DNA from: the human T2T-CHM13v2.0 reference genome, Homo sapiens
Length of the DNA stretch: 64,000 nt
Strand: one strand, 5' to 3'
Assembly: GCF_009914755.1 (NCBI RefSeq)
Contig: NC_060936.1
Below, in pieces: positions 45,307 to 57,079 of this stretch. The notes beneath the pieces were generated by a model. That model was not told the origin of the DNA and did not search any database. It saw only the letters and a list, made by a program, of their open reading frames with translations. The number at the start of each line of letters is the position of its first letter. The stretch's first letter is position 1. The translations under genes and the position numbers were made by a program.

Positions 45307-45543
45307 TAAAATATTAGTCATTTATTGTGTTCCCGTATACTCATCAAGTGTCTCTTGAGAAAACTCAGACCAAGCAGGAAACATAGGCTTGATGTTTAGG
45401 AGACAGAGTAAAGTGGGAGGCATGACATGGGGAGCTGATCACACAGAGATTACAGATGGAGATAAGGAGTGCATAACATCCCCAAGGATGGACAGGATGG
45501 AGAGAAGAAAAGGCCAAAATCAAAACTTTGGAAAATGCCCACT

Positions 45544-46085
45544 GTGGTGGGCTGATAATGGCTCCCAAATATCTGTCCACATTCTAATTCCCAGAACCTG
45601 CAAGTGTTACCTTGTTTGAAAAGAGTCTTTGCATATGTGGTTTACTTAGGAATCTTGAGATAGGGAGATTATCCTCCATTATCCAGGTGATCCCTAAATG
45701 TCACAACCAGCGTCCTTATAAGAGAGAGGCAGAGGGAGATTAGACACAAACACTGAGAAGGTGATATAATCACAGAGATAGAGATTGGAGTGATGTTGTC
45801 ACAAGGCGAGGAACACCAAGGAATGCTGGCGCCCGTGAGAAGCTGAAGGAGGCAAGGAATGGATTCTCCCCAGAGCTTCTGTCTACCTTTCTGGAGTCTT
45901 GATTGGCCTACAGGTGTTCAGTTTGCACTTCTGTGGAAACAGGGAACATACAGCAGTGACACAGAGCCCTGCCGACACCATGGTGAGAGACACCTGGCCT
46001 TCAGAACTGTGAGATGATAAAATCTTGTTTGAACCCATCCTGGTTGTGGTAATTTGTTAAATTGGGCTTTGGGAACTAATATACC
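45544..46085 (+). mobile_element. MLT1C/D LTR carrying a foreign ~80-bp insert
   Basis: tgtggtgggctgataatggctccc...gggagattatcct...ggccttcagaactgtgaga...gaactaatata. Confidence 0.85.
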
Positions 46086-46279
46086 CACCTTTGGGAACAG
46101 GAACAGAAAGAGTTTAAAAAAGTAAGGGGAGGTAGCAAGAAGCTTAAGTGTCATGAAAACGAAAGCCAAAGCAAGAGTTTAAAAACAGATGAGCAGAGGC
46201 AATGGTATAAACGCTAGAGCCTAAAGCCTAATGGGTAAAAATGAAGATTGAGGAGAATCATTGATATGATAGAAGCTAA

Positions 46280-46520
46280 TGATGGCAGCTAACTTGTACT
46301 GAGCACCCATTATGCTGGACATTGCCATAAGCACTCTGCAGATATAAACTCAATTCTCACAAAACCCTATCAGGTATGAATTATTGTTACCCCATTTTAC
46401 AGGTGAAAAAACTGAGGCAAAAATTTAAATAAATGCATTAAGTAACATAGGTGGTAAATGGTGTGGCCAAGATTTGAGCCCAGAATTCTGGCTACAGCAT
46501 CCACATTTTAGCCACTACTT
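46280..46520 (-). mobile_element. MIR SINE
   Basis: ccccattttacaggtgaaaaaactgaggc. Confidence 0.75.
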
Positions 46521-47429
46521 TGTACTAACCTCACCTTATCCCCCAAGGTGTGTGTTTCCCAAGGTTCTGACTTTGGGTCTTTTATCAAGTAAGGTAGATG
46601 ATGTGTCTCAAGAGGAAAAGGTATTTTTGTAATGATTATTTGAGGTTGAAAGGAGGAAGATTAGGAACTTTATATCACCTGGACCCCATCTTCTCAGCTG
46701 AGTTGGAGAGGAGGCTATCTGATGAGGCTGAGGGAGGCAGCTAAGTTTCTGACCTCAGGGAGCCTAGGAAAGACAGTGAGGATACAATAAAACAGGAAGC
46801 ACTAAATGAAAAACTTGCTGCACAGTGAAGCATGCTCAGTGTTATTTCCTTGACTGGCTTTTGGCACTGTGCCATCTGTGCCCAAGATGTCTGCACCATG
46901 TAGCGTGCCAAGTGCAGAAGGAAAAGGGACTGAAGGGGCATCATCGCCCCACACCTGCCCTATGGAAAGTACTTTGTTCAGAGACGAAGAAGGAATCCGA
47001 AAACTGCACAATATGACCTTTGTCATTAGAAACTCTTGAACGTTTGAGAAATGGACCATCCATGTACTGGCAGATGAATGAGAGTTCAAGGGCATTACAT
47101 GATAAGGGCTAATTGCAAGACTAGAGACTGGAGTGGGTCACAGGAACTGAAATGTGTCAAGGGGAAGGTACAGCTCTAGATAGTTCTTACTAAGGTCTTT
47201 GACAGCTGATCAAGAATCAGGAGGACATTTCAGCCTGGACGATGCCATGGGCCAAGCATGGGAGAGGGGAGAAACAGATGGTTCTTTAAGAGCTTAGGCC
47301 AAAGGACTCTCAACATTCTGGGCTTCCAATCTGTCCCCCACCCAGGATAGCTTTCTGTTAAGTTACTATTCAGAACCACTGCAGGCTTAAAACAATGAGT
47401 GTTTATATTGGTATTGAATCCATTAGACT

Positions 47430-47630
47430 GCATGGTATAGTGGAAAAAGGCAAGGTTAAAATATCAGTTAATCACTTTGTTGTGTGACCTTGGTCAAGTA
47501 ACTTCTCGAGCCTCAGATTTCCCATTTGTAAAACATAGATACCAATTCTCAGGCTCTTATGGTTGTGATGATACATTAATGGGATAATGATCAATATCGA
47601 GTGTGGTGCCTGACATTTAATAGATAGTGT
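47430..47630 (+). mobile_element. MIR SINE
   Basis: tgtgtgaccttggtcaagtaacttctcgagcctcagatttcccatttgtaaaa. Confidence 0.75.
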
Positions 47631-49619
47631 CAACAATTTTTTTTTAGACTAAGAACAAATTGGATGATGTAATTTATTGGCTGACAATTCATTTCTAAAG
47701 ATGTGACTTCAGAATGTTCTATAAATGTTAACATTTTCAAATGCCCAGAGTATATTTTCTATCTTGCATACTAGCTATTTATTTACAAATCTCTTTCTCC
47801 CATTGACTTAGCCCTTGTGTGAGGAGAGCTCTTTTAGGCTAGGCCCTTTATCTGTACTTTGAGGACCCTTAATTCCTAGAGGAAGAACATGGATTTTTCT
47901 CAGGCATTAAAGATTCCTTCCAAATTTCCATGTAACATACCCACTTTCCTCATACCTATCTTCTCCTGGTAATATTCTTGAATTATTTTTTATTTTTAAC
48001 ATTTTTTGCTATGATCTACATTATTATATTTTAAAAACACAATTTCAAGTTATATATTTTAAAAAAATGCCATTTATTTCCATGATACAATTTCTATTCT
48101 CATTTACGTCATTTTGTGCTTCCTTCAGAAAAGTTATATAAAAGCTAAAAGTGCTGTGCTGAGTCAGAATCCTGTTCCCCTCAGCCCAATAAGCCTCTGC
48201 AAAAAGGAAAAGAAGAAATTTTTTCAGGAGAGCAGTCTATTTCATATTTGCAGACTGAGAGTGCATGTATCATCTGATGTTGACTTAAAATGTCTCTCCC
48301 CTTCCCTTCATCTGTCATCCACAAAGCTGTTTGCATTCTTCTGGAGTCTTGATGGGTCTACAGATGGTTCAGTTTGTACCTCCGTGGAAACAGGGAACAT
48401 GCACCAGTGGCACAGAGCATGGTGGAGTGGAAGAAAATCACTCCACCATGATGTGGATGATGCATGTGTGGTTGATGCTGTGGTGTCTGTCCTACTTATA
48501 GAGAGAGACCTCTGGGAGTAGAAGGCTCATACTTGCCTAGGTACCTGAGCATCAGAGTGCCTGGGGGCAGCCTGCCAGCCTATCTCCTACGGGGCCACCC
48601 AGCCTGACAGTCCTAACCTGGGTGAATCTCCTGAGACCAAGGCTTAGGCTCACAGCATTGTGGGCTTAGAAACAACATCTTGGGGGCAGACTCATACCAA
48701 GCAATTCATGTGGAGGTAGATGTGTGAAAGCCCAGGATGTCCATCTGTTAGCTCACACTGAGAACCCTAGCTGCCAGGTAGACAGGAACACTAGCGTGAA
48801 AACTCTCTTCCTGTACTGGAAGCCCAATCCTAATCCATAGGTTATCCGGTGAGCACTGTTGGAATGAGGGCAGTTAAATGGATAAAGGAGAGTAAAACCA
48901 TATGTCAGGACTGTCTGGCGGTGCAACTGGAATTCTTGAACTTAGTCTGTTTCTTAGATGAGTGCTGCCTATATTTGTTACAGTTTGTTTTAATGATTTC
49001 CTGGCTTAACAAGCCCTAATCTGATTTGAGTCATCCTTCCTTAAGATTTGCTAGAGTTTACAAATTGGCCCAGGTCATATCCTCTTTTTCCCCTGGGAAA
49101 ATTTAAGGTGACCCTTCTTACCTTTGATATGACCTATGATTGGTGATTTTGCAGTTTACCTCTTAGCAGACTTGTTATTTTCCCTGTTTCTGGGTTTTTA
49201 GTAGACTTCTTATTGTAGCTTTAAAATAATTTTTTTTACATTCCATTTTTTTAATGTTCAATATCCATTTTAATGCATACAACAACATTATAAGGTAGAT
49301 ACTGTTTTATATCCCATTTACATATAAAGAAACCTGAGACTCAGAGGCTAATGAACTTGCCTAGAAATACCTGGCCAGTAAAGGAAGAGGTTGTGATTCA
49401 AACCTACGCACTCTGATTCCAATACTTAAGACATACCTGCGGCTACTTTTCTGAATGTTTCACATGTACTATCTAATGTAATCCTTACAGTTACACAATT
49501 TTTTTAAAAAGTACAGTTCTCACTCAGAAAGAAAGAAGGATTTGCATAAAAAAGAATTTCAAGCCCAGAAATACTAATATTACAGGTGTCAGGAATAGTA
49601 ACATCCAGCCTACTTCCAG

Positions 49620-49716
49620 CCTTTCTCTCTCTCTCTTTCTCTCCTTCCCTCCTTTCTTTTCTCCCTACTTCCTTCTCTCTCTCTCCCTCTCCCACCCTCC
49701 CTCCTTCTTTCTCTTT
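49620..49716 (+). repeat. CT-rich polypyrimidine low-complexity tract
   Basis: About 95 nt of almost pure C/T, next to an L1 tail. Confidence 0.9.
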
Positions 49717-50150
49717 TTATTTACTTACTTATTTATTTATTTTTATTATACTTTGAGTTCTAGGGTACGTGTGCACAACGTGCAGGTTTGTTACATATGT
49801 ATACATGTGCCATGTTGGTGTGCTGCACTCATTAACTCGTCATTTACATTAGGTATCTCCTAATGCTATCCCTCCCCCCTCCCCCTACCCCATGACAGGC
49901 CCCAGTGTGTGATGTTCCCCTTCCTGTGTCCAAGTGTTCTCATTGTTCAGTTCCCACCTATGAGTGAGAACATGCAGTGTTTGGGTTTTTCTGTCCGTCA
50001 GTGATAGACTGGATTAAGAAAATGTGGAACATATACACCACGGAATACTATGCAGCCATAAAAAAGGATGAGTTCATGTCCTTTATAGGGACATGGATGA
50101 AGCTGGAAACCATCATTCTCAGCAAACTATCACAGGGACAGAAAACCAAA
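49717..50150 (-). mobile_element. L1PA (about L1PA5/6) with 5' inversion
   Basis: Antisense 3'UTR to 49996, then sense piece ...gatagactggattaagaaaatgtgg...gggacagaaaaccaaa; TSD unclear. Confidence 0.9.
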
Positions 50151-50419
50151 AAATCCAAAATAATTTTTAATTCTCTTTCTTATCGGTGTTTCTTAGCAAG
50201 AATTCTTCTGTAGTGAAGAATTTTCCCTCATCAACTAATAAAAAATGGCTAGTAAAGGCAGGATAAATGCTTGCTTTATTCCCTTTATTAATCTTCTGAG
50301 TAACGAATTGGTATCTTAGGAACCTCCAATGGTGAACAATGAGTGTTTTAAAAAGATACACATTGAACTCAGCCTTTCTTTATACAGTTGATATGCATCA
50401 GTAGATGGAGTCCATATTA

Positions 50420-50665
50420 ATGATGTAATCTATATAGGCTGATGTAATCAATTCTACTTTTGAGGAGATTGACATGATGTCTGGAATTTGCTTTAAATAC
50501 TCCAGCATCTAAAAAGCAAATCAACAACAAAGGGAGTGGGATCGATGAAAAAAAATTGGAAAAATCTTGATATTTGTTGACACTGGTTGATGAGTACATG
50601 GAGTTCATTATACTATTCATTTTGCTTTTGGTATGTTTGAAATATTTCCAAATAAAATAGTTCTC
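50420..50665 (+). mobile_element. Ancient L1M 3' end
   Basis: atgtctggaatttgctttaaatactccag...tatgtttgaaatatttccaaataaaa. Confidence 0.65.
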
Positions 50666-51073
50666 AAGATGCATATAATTCTAAGGTTATCAAGAGTGTA
50701 AATGTGAGTTTAACCAACAACTTTGGCCTATCTGTGAATCTTGTGGAGAAAGTTCTTGATTTTTATTGAAATTCCAGATACCCCAACAGTAGTTCCTAAG
50801 CCCTACTGCTTTGGCAACAGCATGTCAAATATGTGCACATTTTCCCAGCATTTTGGAAGGAATTTTTATAAGAATTTTCAGATTTGACTGATTGGATCCT
50901 GATTCATAAAAGTCTTGTCTTGGTAACTAAGGATGTCTACTTTTGAGTGATGCATACCTTAAGAATTTGAAACATGGTTGCTTCTGTTCTCTGGACTTCA
51001 TATGAGAGCGTAACAGCCTTTTAGCCATTCTGAAGTGACTTCTTCAGTCTAATGGTGCCATTTCTCATTCCAG

Positions 51074-51268
51074 GTTTAAGTTTATCTATTCATGGGGCTG
51101 AAAAGCGTTTGCAAATCCATCAACGGCGAAGTGTGGCAAGCCGCCCAGCGTCACGTCGTCGCCTGCCTGTGGTCAGGCATTCCTCACTCCCACCAGGCAG
51201 AAGGTCAATAAAAATGGAGGCAAGCTCTTCTGGAATCACTAATGGAAAAACGAAAGTCTTCCACCCAG
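51074..51268 (+). other. ANO4: ANO4 exon carrying the start codon (140 nt 5' leader + 55 nt CDS, 195 nt)
   Basis: Acceptor tttctcattccag|G at 51073/51074, candidate branch point ctaat at 51049-51053, donor CAG|gtgatg at 51268/51269. Local CpG cluster in a CpG-poor window. Confidence 0.9.
51214..51268 (+). CDS. ANO4: First coding segment of anoctamin-4 (TMEM16D), MEASSSGITNGKTKVFHP plus 1 nt, phase-1 donor
   Basis: ATG at 51214 in strong context (aaaATGG). The peptide matches the ANO4 N-terminus as I remember it. It ends at CCAG|gtgatg after 55 coding nt. Confidence 0.92.
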
Positions 51269-51999
51269 GTGATGCATGGGGAAGTTCAACGGGGACCCAT
51301 TTCAGTAGCAACCTGACCACAGTCTGCATTATATTTTTATTGTGTAAATATGCCATACTTTCAGCTAAGCTTGCTTTTGTTAGGAGTCTTGTTCTATTTC
51401 CCCTTCTGCTCACCTCAGTCAATGGTAAATATCACCAAGACGAATAAGAGGGGAGAGAGCTTGGTGGTTCAGAGAAGGTTGAGGCTATGTGCACAGTGGT
51501 AGAATCTAAATGAAAATCAGAGTGCATAAACTCTTGCTCAGTTCAGGAAAGCTCATTATATAATAAAACAACATAGAGATTTGGTCATTTTCCTGATAAT
51601 TTGCTCTAAGATTGGTCAGGAAAAAAATTCAAGCCAAAAAACACCCACTTTGAAACCTAGGTTATCTGTGTTGGCTTGCCCACATCCTCCTGAGATCAGG
51701 AGAGAAGACTGGAGTCATTATATTATATTGTTTTAAGTCTTCTGGGAAGCATCTGTGATCTCTTTAAAATATTAAAATGATTCTACATTAAATGAAGTAA
51801 AAACATCTTATGTGCTTATTTGGGGGAAAAGCTCATTTAAGTATTCATTCATTCATTGAACAAATATGTATTGAGTGCCAGCTACATGCTAGGCATTGTT
51901 TTGGGTTCAAGGAAATATCAGTGACCAAGGCAATGTTCCTGCAAAGTGACTTTATAGAAACATCAAATTGCGAAAGAATTCATAAGTCATTGAGAATAA

Positions 52000-53560
52000 C
52001 TCTCACCCAATCCTGATTCCTCTCTGTAATGTCCTAGTGGATGACCACACAGCTGCTACTGAAGCCAGCCTCCATCTCTACTCATGTCACACCACCTTCT
52101 CTCTCTTAGCATGTAACCTTGCTTCCTAACCCATCAAGAAACACCAGGGCCGTTGGGCATGAATTACTGGAGGTCCCTTATCCTCTCTCTTCAAATGTAT
52201 TGCTCTTTATGCATCATTCCCCACTTTCCTCCAGTTTTCAGAAGATGAGGGGCCTCCCACTGTCTTTGACCAAGCTCTTACCCATGTCCTTTAGCCATGG
52301 TCACCTTTCACCTCTTCTGAAGCTTCCTCAGGAGAATGTGTCCTCTTGTTTTCATCTCTTTCACCCTTCCACACTGCTAGCTGTTTACCTTCAGTCTATG
52401 AAAAGGCTCAAGCTTCTACCATTCTGATCATTTAACACTGTACCCTTTTCCCTCTTCTGCCACTTTTTCCTCCTCCCTTCCAAGCCAAACTTCTGAAAAT
52501 AATAATTTACTTTTGATTGCTCTGTTCTGTCGAGAGTAACCAACACAATCTGGTTTCTAGCTCCTCCATTCCATTCTGGCTGTTTTTGAGGCCCTCAGTG
52601 ACCTCCTTTTATCACAATGTAGTGGATGCTTGCCAGACTTTCCTGATGCACCAGACCAAGGTGGACAACCCACTTGTTTCCTAAACACTGTTCCCTTGGC
52701 TTCCATGACAATCTTAGGGTTCTTCTCTTATTTCTCTCGCATGTAACTTTCCTGGTTTCTCCCACTCCAGCATCTCTTTCCTCCTCTTGCCTCCTTTCCC
52801 AGTACGTACCAAATCCAGAATGATTCATCTGTACCCCTAATCAGTTACTGTGCTTGTTCTACCAATTACAGGGTCCAGTTCAAACTTCTTAGCATGTTAA
52901 AAACAAATGCCTTTTGTGATCTGGCCCCTACTGCTTTCACCCTTCATTTTTTGCCCTCTTCTTCCTTAAGCTTTATTACTATAGTGCATCAATCAAGGTT
53001 CAATCAGAAAAGCAAAACCAGTAGAAAGTATGTACTAGAGACTAATTACAAAGAATTGGCTTTCATTGTGGGAGATGGCTAGGCAAGTCTGAATTCATCG
53101 GTCAGGCTATCTGCAAGGGCAGGCTGGAACTCTTGGGCACAGCTCTTAAAAGCTTCAGCTCTGCTTTTAAGGCTTTTCAACTGACCTAGATTATCAAGGA
53201 GAATCTCCTTTACATAAAGTCAACTGACTATGAACTTTAATTGCATCTACAAAACACCTTCATTGCAGCACTAGATTAGTGTTCATTGAATAACTGGAGA
53301 CTGTAGCCTGGCCAAGTTGGTTCATCAAATAGACCATCGCATCTGAGTATATCAATGTGCTTTCACTTCTCTAAATATGTGATGCTGTTTCATGCCTCCC
53401 AACCTTTGCTCCTGCTGTTCTTTCTTCCCAGGATACCCTGGTTTTGCTCTGTTATCTTTGAACATGTTGAAATTACTTGTCTATCCGTCCACTGAAAGGT
53501 CTTTAAGGGCAGGGATTCTGGATTATTTATCTTTGTACTCCCAATAAATATTTGTAGGGT
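52000..53560 (+). mobile_element. L2 fragments split by MLT2
   Basis: Pyrimidine-rich L2 sense motifs; 3' end ctttaagggcagggattc...caataaatatttg. Confidence 0.6.
52985..53341 (-). mobile_element. MLT2D-type LTR
   Basis: aatcaaggttcaatcagaaaagcaaaacc...aaagtcaactgactatg...tagcctggccaagttg. Confidence 0.8.
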
Positions 53561-53649
53561 AGGACCGAACAAAACCTTCATTAGCTGTGTTTTAGACTAC
53601 TACAATAGCTTCTGAATTTTTCTGCCTGCCTTTCTTTCAACAAGTACCT

Positions 53650-56430
53650 GATATACATCAGTAAACAAAGCAGACAAAAGTCCCTGCCCTTGGGGAGTTT
53701 ACGTAGTAGCTGCAAGAGATAATAAATAAATATATTAAAGAGACCAACTGTGTAATCTATATTATAGTTATATGTAAGCTATATATAATATATAGTGTTT
53801 AGGGAAAGGATAAGTATGGATAAAAGAAAAAGTAGGGGAAGAGGGTAGCATGTTGCAATATTAAACATGGTGATCAGGGTAGGCTGAGTCACGAAGATGT
53901 GTAATCACTGACTAGAAGTTTCTGAGACAGCCACGTGGATGTCTGAGCAACTTCATTCCAGCAGAGGGACAGTTAGTGGACAGGTTGTAGGGTAAAAGTG
54001 GGTCTGGCAATTTGAAGAATAGTATGGAGGCTCCTCAACTTGGAGTGGAGTGAGTGAGGTGGGGAATCAACTCAGTGAGGTTGTAGGGACTAGATCGGGC
54101 AGGACCTTATAGGCCATTGTAAGGACTTTGAGCCCTATGTGAAAGGAAGCTCTTACAGGGTTTTGAGCAGAAGAATTCCATAATTTGATTTATATTTTAA
54201 CAGGATGTAATATAGACTATGGGGAGAATAGATTATAGGAGGAGAGGATAAAAGGAGAAAGGTCAGATAGGAGGCCTCCAGAATGATCCAGTGGAGAAAT
54301 GATGGTAGCTCTGACTAGGAACAGCAGAAGTAATGGTGAGAATTTAGAGTCTGGATATATTTTAAAGCTGGGCCAACAAAATATCCTAATGGATTGGATG
54401 TAGGGTAAAAGAGAAAGAAGAGCAAAGGATGACTGAAAAGTTTTTTTGGCCTGAGTGAAATCAGCTGAGATGGAGAAGGCTGCAAGAGAAGCAGATTTGG
54501 TGGGTTTGAGGGCAAAGGTGGGGCTGAGTTCAGAAGTTTGATTATAGATGTGATAATATTGAGAGCTGGCAAGATCTTGTGGGTGGTAGTTTGAGCTCCA
54601 TGTCTGGAGTTTGAAAGATGATTGGTCTGTGAAAGAGATATAAAACTAATAGTTGTTGACATATAAGTGCTATTTAAAGAAATGAGATTGCAAGAGATGA
54701 CCAAGGGAAGAAGTATAAATGGGGAAGGGAGAGCATCAAGGGCTGAGATCTGGGACACTCCAATAATAAAGGGTCAAAGAGGACATGAACCACGAGCAAG
54801 AAGGCCAGGAAAGAAGCACCAGCAAAGATGGAGAAAACCCAGAAGTGCCACATCTCAGAAATTACAAAAGTTTATCAAGAAGAGAAGAATGGTTTTCTAG
54901 GCTAAATGTTATTGAAAGTCAAATAAGATGAGGACTGAGAATTAGTCGATTTTAGTAAAGTGGAGGTCAATGGTGATTTTGATAAGAGCCGTTTTAGTGG
55001 AGTGGTGGGGATGAAACCCTGATTGAAGTGGATTTAAGGGAGATGAGAGGATATAAATTAGATGCTCTGAATATGGGCAACTTTTTTGAGCAGTTTTGCT
55101 ATGAAGTGTAGTGAAGAAATAGGGCAGCAGCTGGAGGAGAAGTAAGGTCAAGAGTTTCTTTTAAAAATAGCAGCTCTCCAGCAGATAATTTATGGTGTTC
55201 AAGAGAGGGGAGAATTTGTGATGTGGGCATCAGTGAGAGGATGAGAGCTATGCACAATAGGACCATGGATAGTTTATCTGTGATAACTGGTGGGAAGGAG
55301 GCGTATGTATATAATGGCAGGTGTGCTGAGGGTCTAATAAGTTCTTTTCCTATGTTGTCAGCTTTATCTTTAATGTGAGAAGCAAGGTCATCTCTGAGAA
55401 TGAGAATGGAGCCACAGGGAGAAAGAGAGAGAGAAAGAAAGATATGGAGAGGGGAAATATGTTTGCCAACTCACATTAAAAGGGATTTGAGATTCATAGT
55501 CATGAAACTAAAGTAGGACTAGTTATCATCATTGTGTAGTTTTTAATTTTGTGTAGCTACATGAGTAAAGACATACAGTTGGTGGTGAGTTGGATTTGAA
55601 CAGCAGTGTGGTTTTGCAAAGGAAGTAGGAAAGAGAGAAAGGGAATCAAAAGTGCATGGAAGGGAGTGATGATAGTGATTCATTTTGTGATTTGGTAAAG
55701 AGGGTACAAGACATCAAGGGAAGGAGGTACAGTGAAAAGTTGGTAAGATCAATCGGTTGAAATTCCCAGAGGGTTCAAAAAATTGTGGGGGTTAGGGTAA
55801 TAGAAGGAGGATCTGGAAGGATAAGAGAGGTGGTAAGAGAATGGAATGTGTGGCACTAATATTGTGGCACATATCTTAATAACATTTATTTAATTTTATT
55901 ATAGTAATATCAACACAAGATGCTGTTACTGGTAATGACAAGGTTTAGGCCAAGGTACAAAACAAGGGACTATAAAGGGTAGAAGGCAAGATCATTGAAT
56001 GAAAAAATTCCTAGGGACTGAGAGGCCAAGATGTGAAAATGATTGAGTCAAGAATTGAGTAGCTTTGGGAAGAATGATAAGCCAGGCATTAACTTTACTG
56101 AGAAATAAGGGAACATGATCTGGCAGGTAGCAGGAGAGTACAAAGATAAAGGGTAGAAGATGATGTAGTATAACAACTTGAGATTCAAGGCTGAAGGTGT
56201 TTGGGGAAGAGGGAAGAAGAATGGTCTGAAGGTGGATTTGAGACTCAAGAAAGGTATCTACTCCTCTTTCAGATGCGTTGGTGCCAGGGCTATTGGAGAA
56301 AAACAGTTCTAAGTGAAAGAGCCACAGGGAAGCATGACCACTGGGAAGATCCAGGTTTTCCTTAGAGCAAGGTGAATGGGGCAATCTGAGAAGAGATTGA
56401 CGACATTCAGAGAATTCTGGAGAGCCCAGT
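53650..56430 (-). mobile_element. Long L2a fragment (about 2.8 kb)
   Basis: Continuous purine-rich L2 antisense motifs (ggccattgtaaggactttg; aagatgaggactgagaatt; gttttagtggagtggtggggatgaaacc). Confidence 0.8.
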
Positions 56431-56439
56431 GGAAGGTTT

Positions 56440-57030
56440 TAGATGTTGGACAATTGTCTTCAGTGGTTCTCTCAGACACCAAGGTTCTCCTCCAGAGAGG
56501 ATAATTAGCATCAGCCTTCCTCTTCTTAAAATTGTTATGGCTATCCCGAAGAAAGTGCAGCCTTGTGAGCCCACCTTTTCAAGTCCTCTCCAATTTAGCC
56601 TCTCCCTACTTTTCCAGGCTTATCTCATTTTACACTGTCATTATCCATGTTATTCAGCTTCAGGCATCCACAGGCTTTTTAGTATTTCTCAAGCAGGCTT
56701 TTACTCTTCCATTTTCTTTGCCATTGCTCAAGCTCCTCTCTCATCTTGGAATATCCCTTCCCCTAATAAATGTCTACTAGCCCTTCTCATTCCTCAAAAT
56801 GTAACTCAAATTCCGCTTCCTCCAAGAAGCTTTCTAGATCTTATAGTCAGAATTATTCCCCTACTTCCCCGTGCTTCCACAGAACTTAGAAGCCTTATCA
56901 AAGTCCATCTGTTTCTATGGTCTTATAGTTCTCCCAGAAGGCAGGAACTCTCCTCAATTCATCTTTGTATCTTCCGTCACTCCTAACATCATGCGTTGTC
57001 CCTAGTAGGTTCTTAATAAATGATTTTATG
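56440..57030 (+). mobile_element. L2 3' fragment
   Basis: ttcctccaagaagctttc...gaaggcaggaactc...tagtaggttcttaataaatg. Confidence 0.65.
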
Positions 57031-57079
57031 TTGTTTGTCAAAATCTGTTCTACTCAGCAGATATAGGTTAGCATTCTGA

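Noticed and set aside
51071-51080. CAG|GT at the acceptor as a recursive splice site
   Set aside because: GTTTAA is a poor 5' splice site compared with GTRAGT.
51052-51447. 131-aa ORF spanning the ANO4 exon
   Set aside because: Its ATG lies in the intron at the candidate branch point and its 3' part runs past the donor. Only 51074-51268 is exonic.
53400-53800. Tail-to-tail L2 pair as a miR-28-like hairpin
   Set aside because: The two copies are too diverged. I could not see a continuous stem.
56429-56986. Longest ORF in the track (185 aa)
   Set aside because: GTG start, lies in pyrimidine-rich L2 sequence, Leu/Ser/Pro-biased, no recognisable domain or splice structure.
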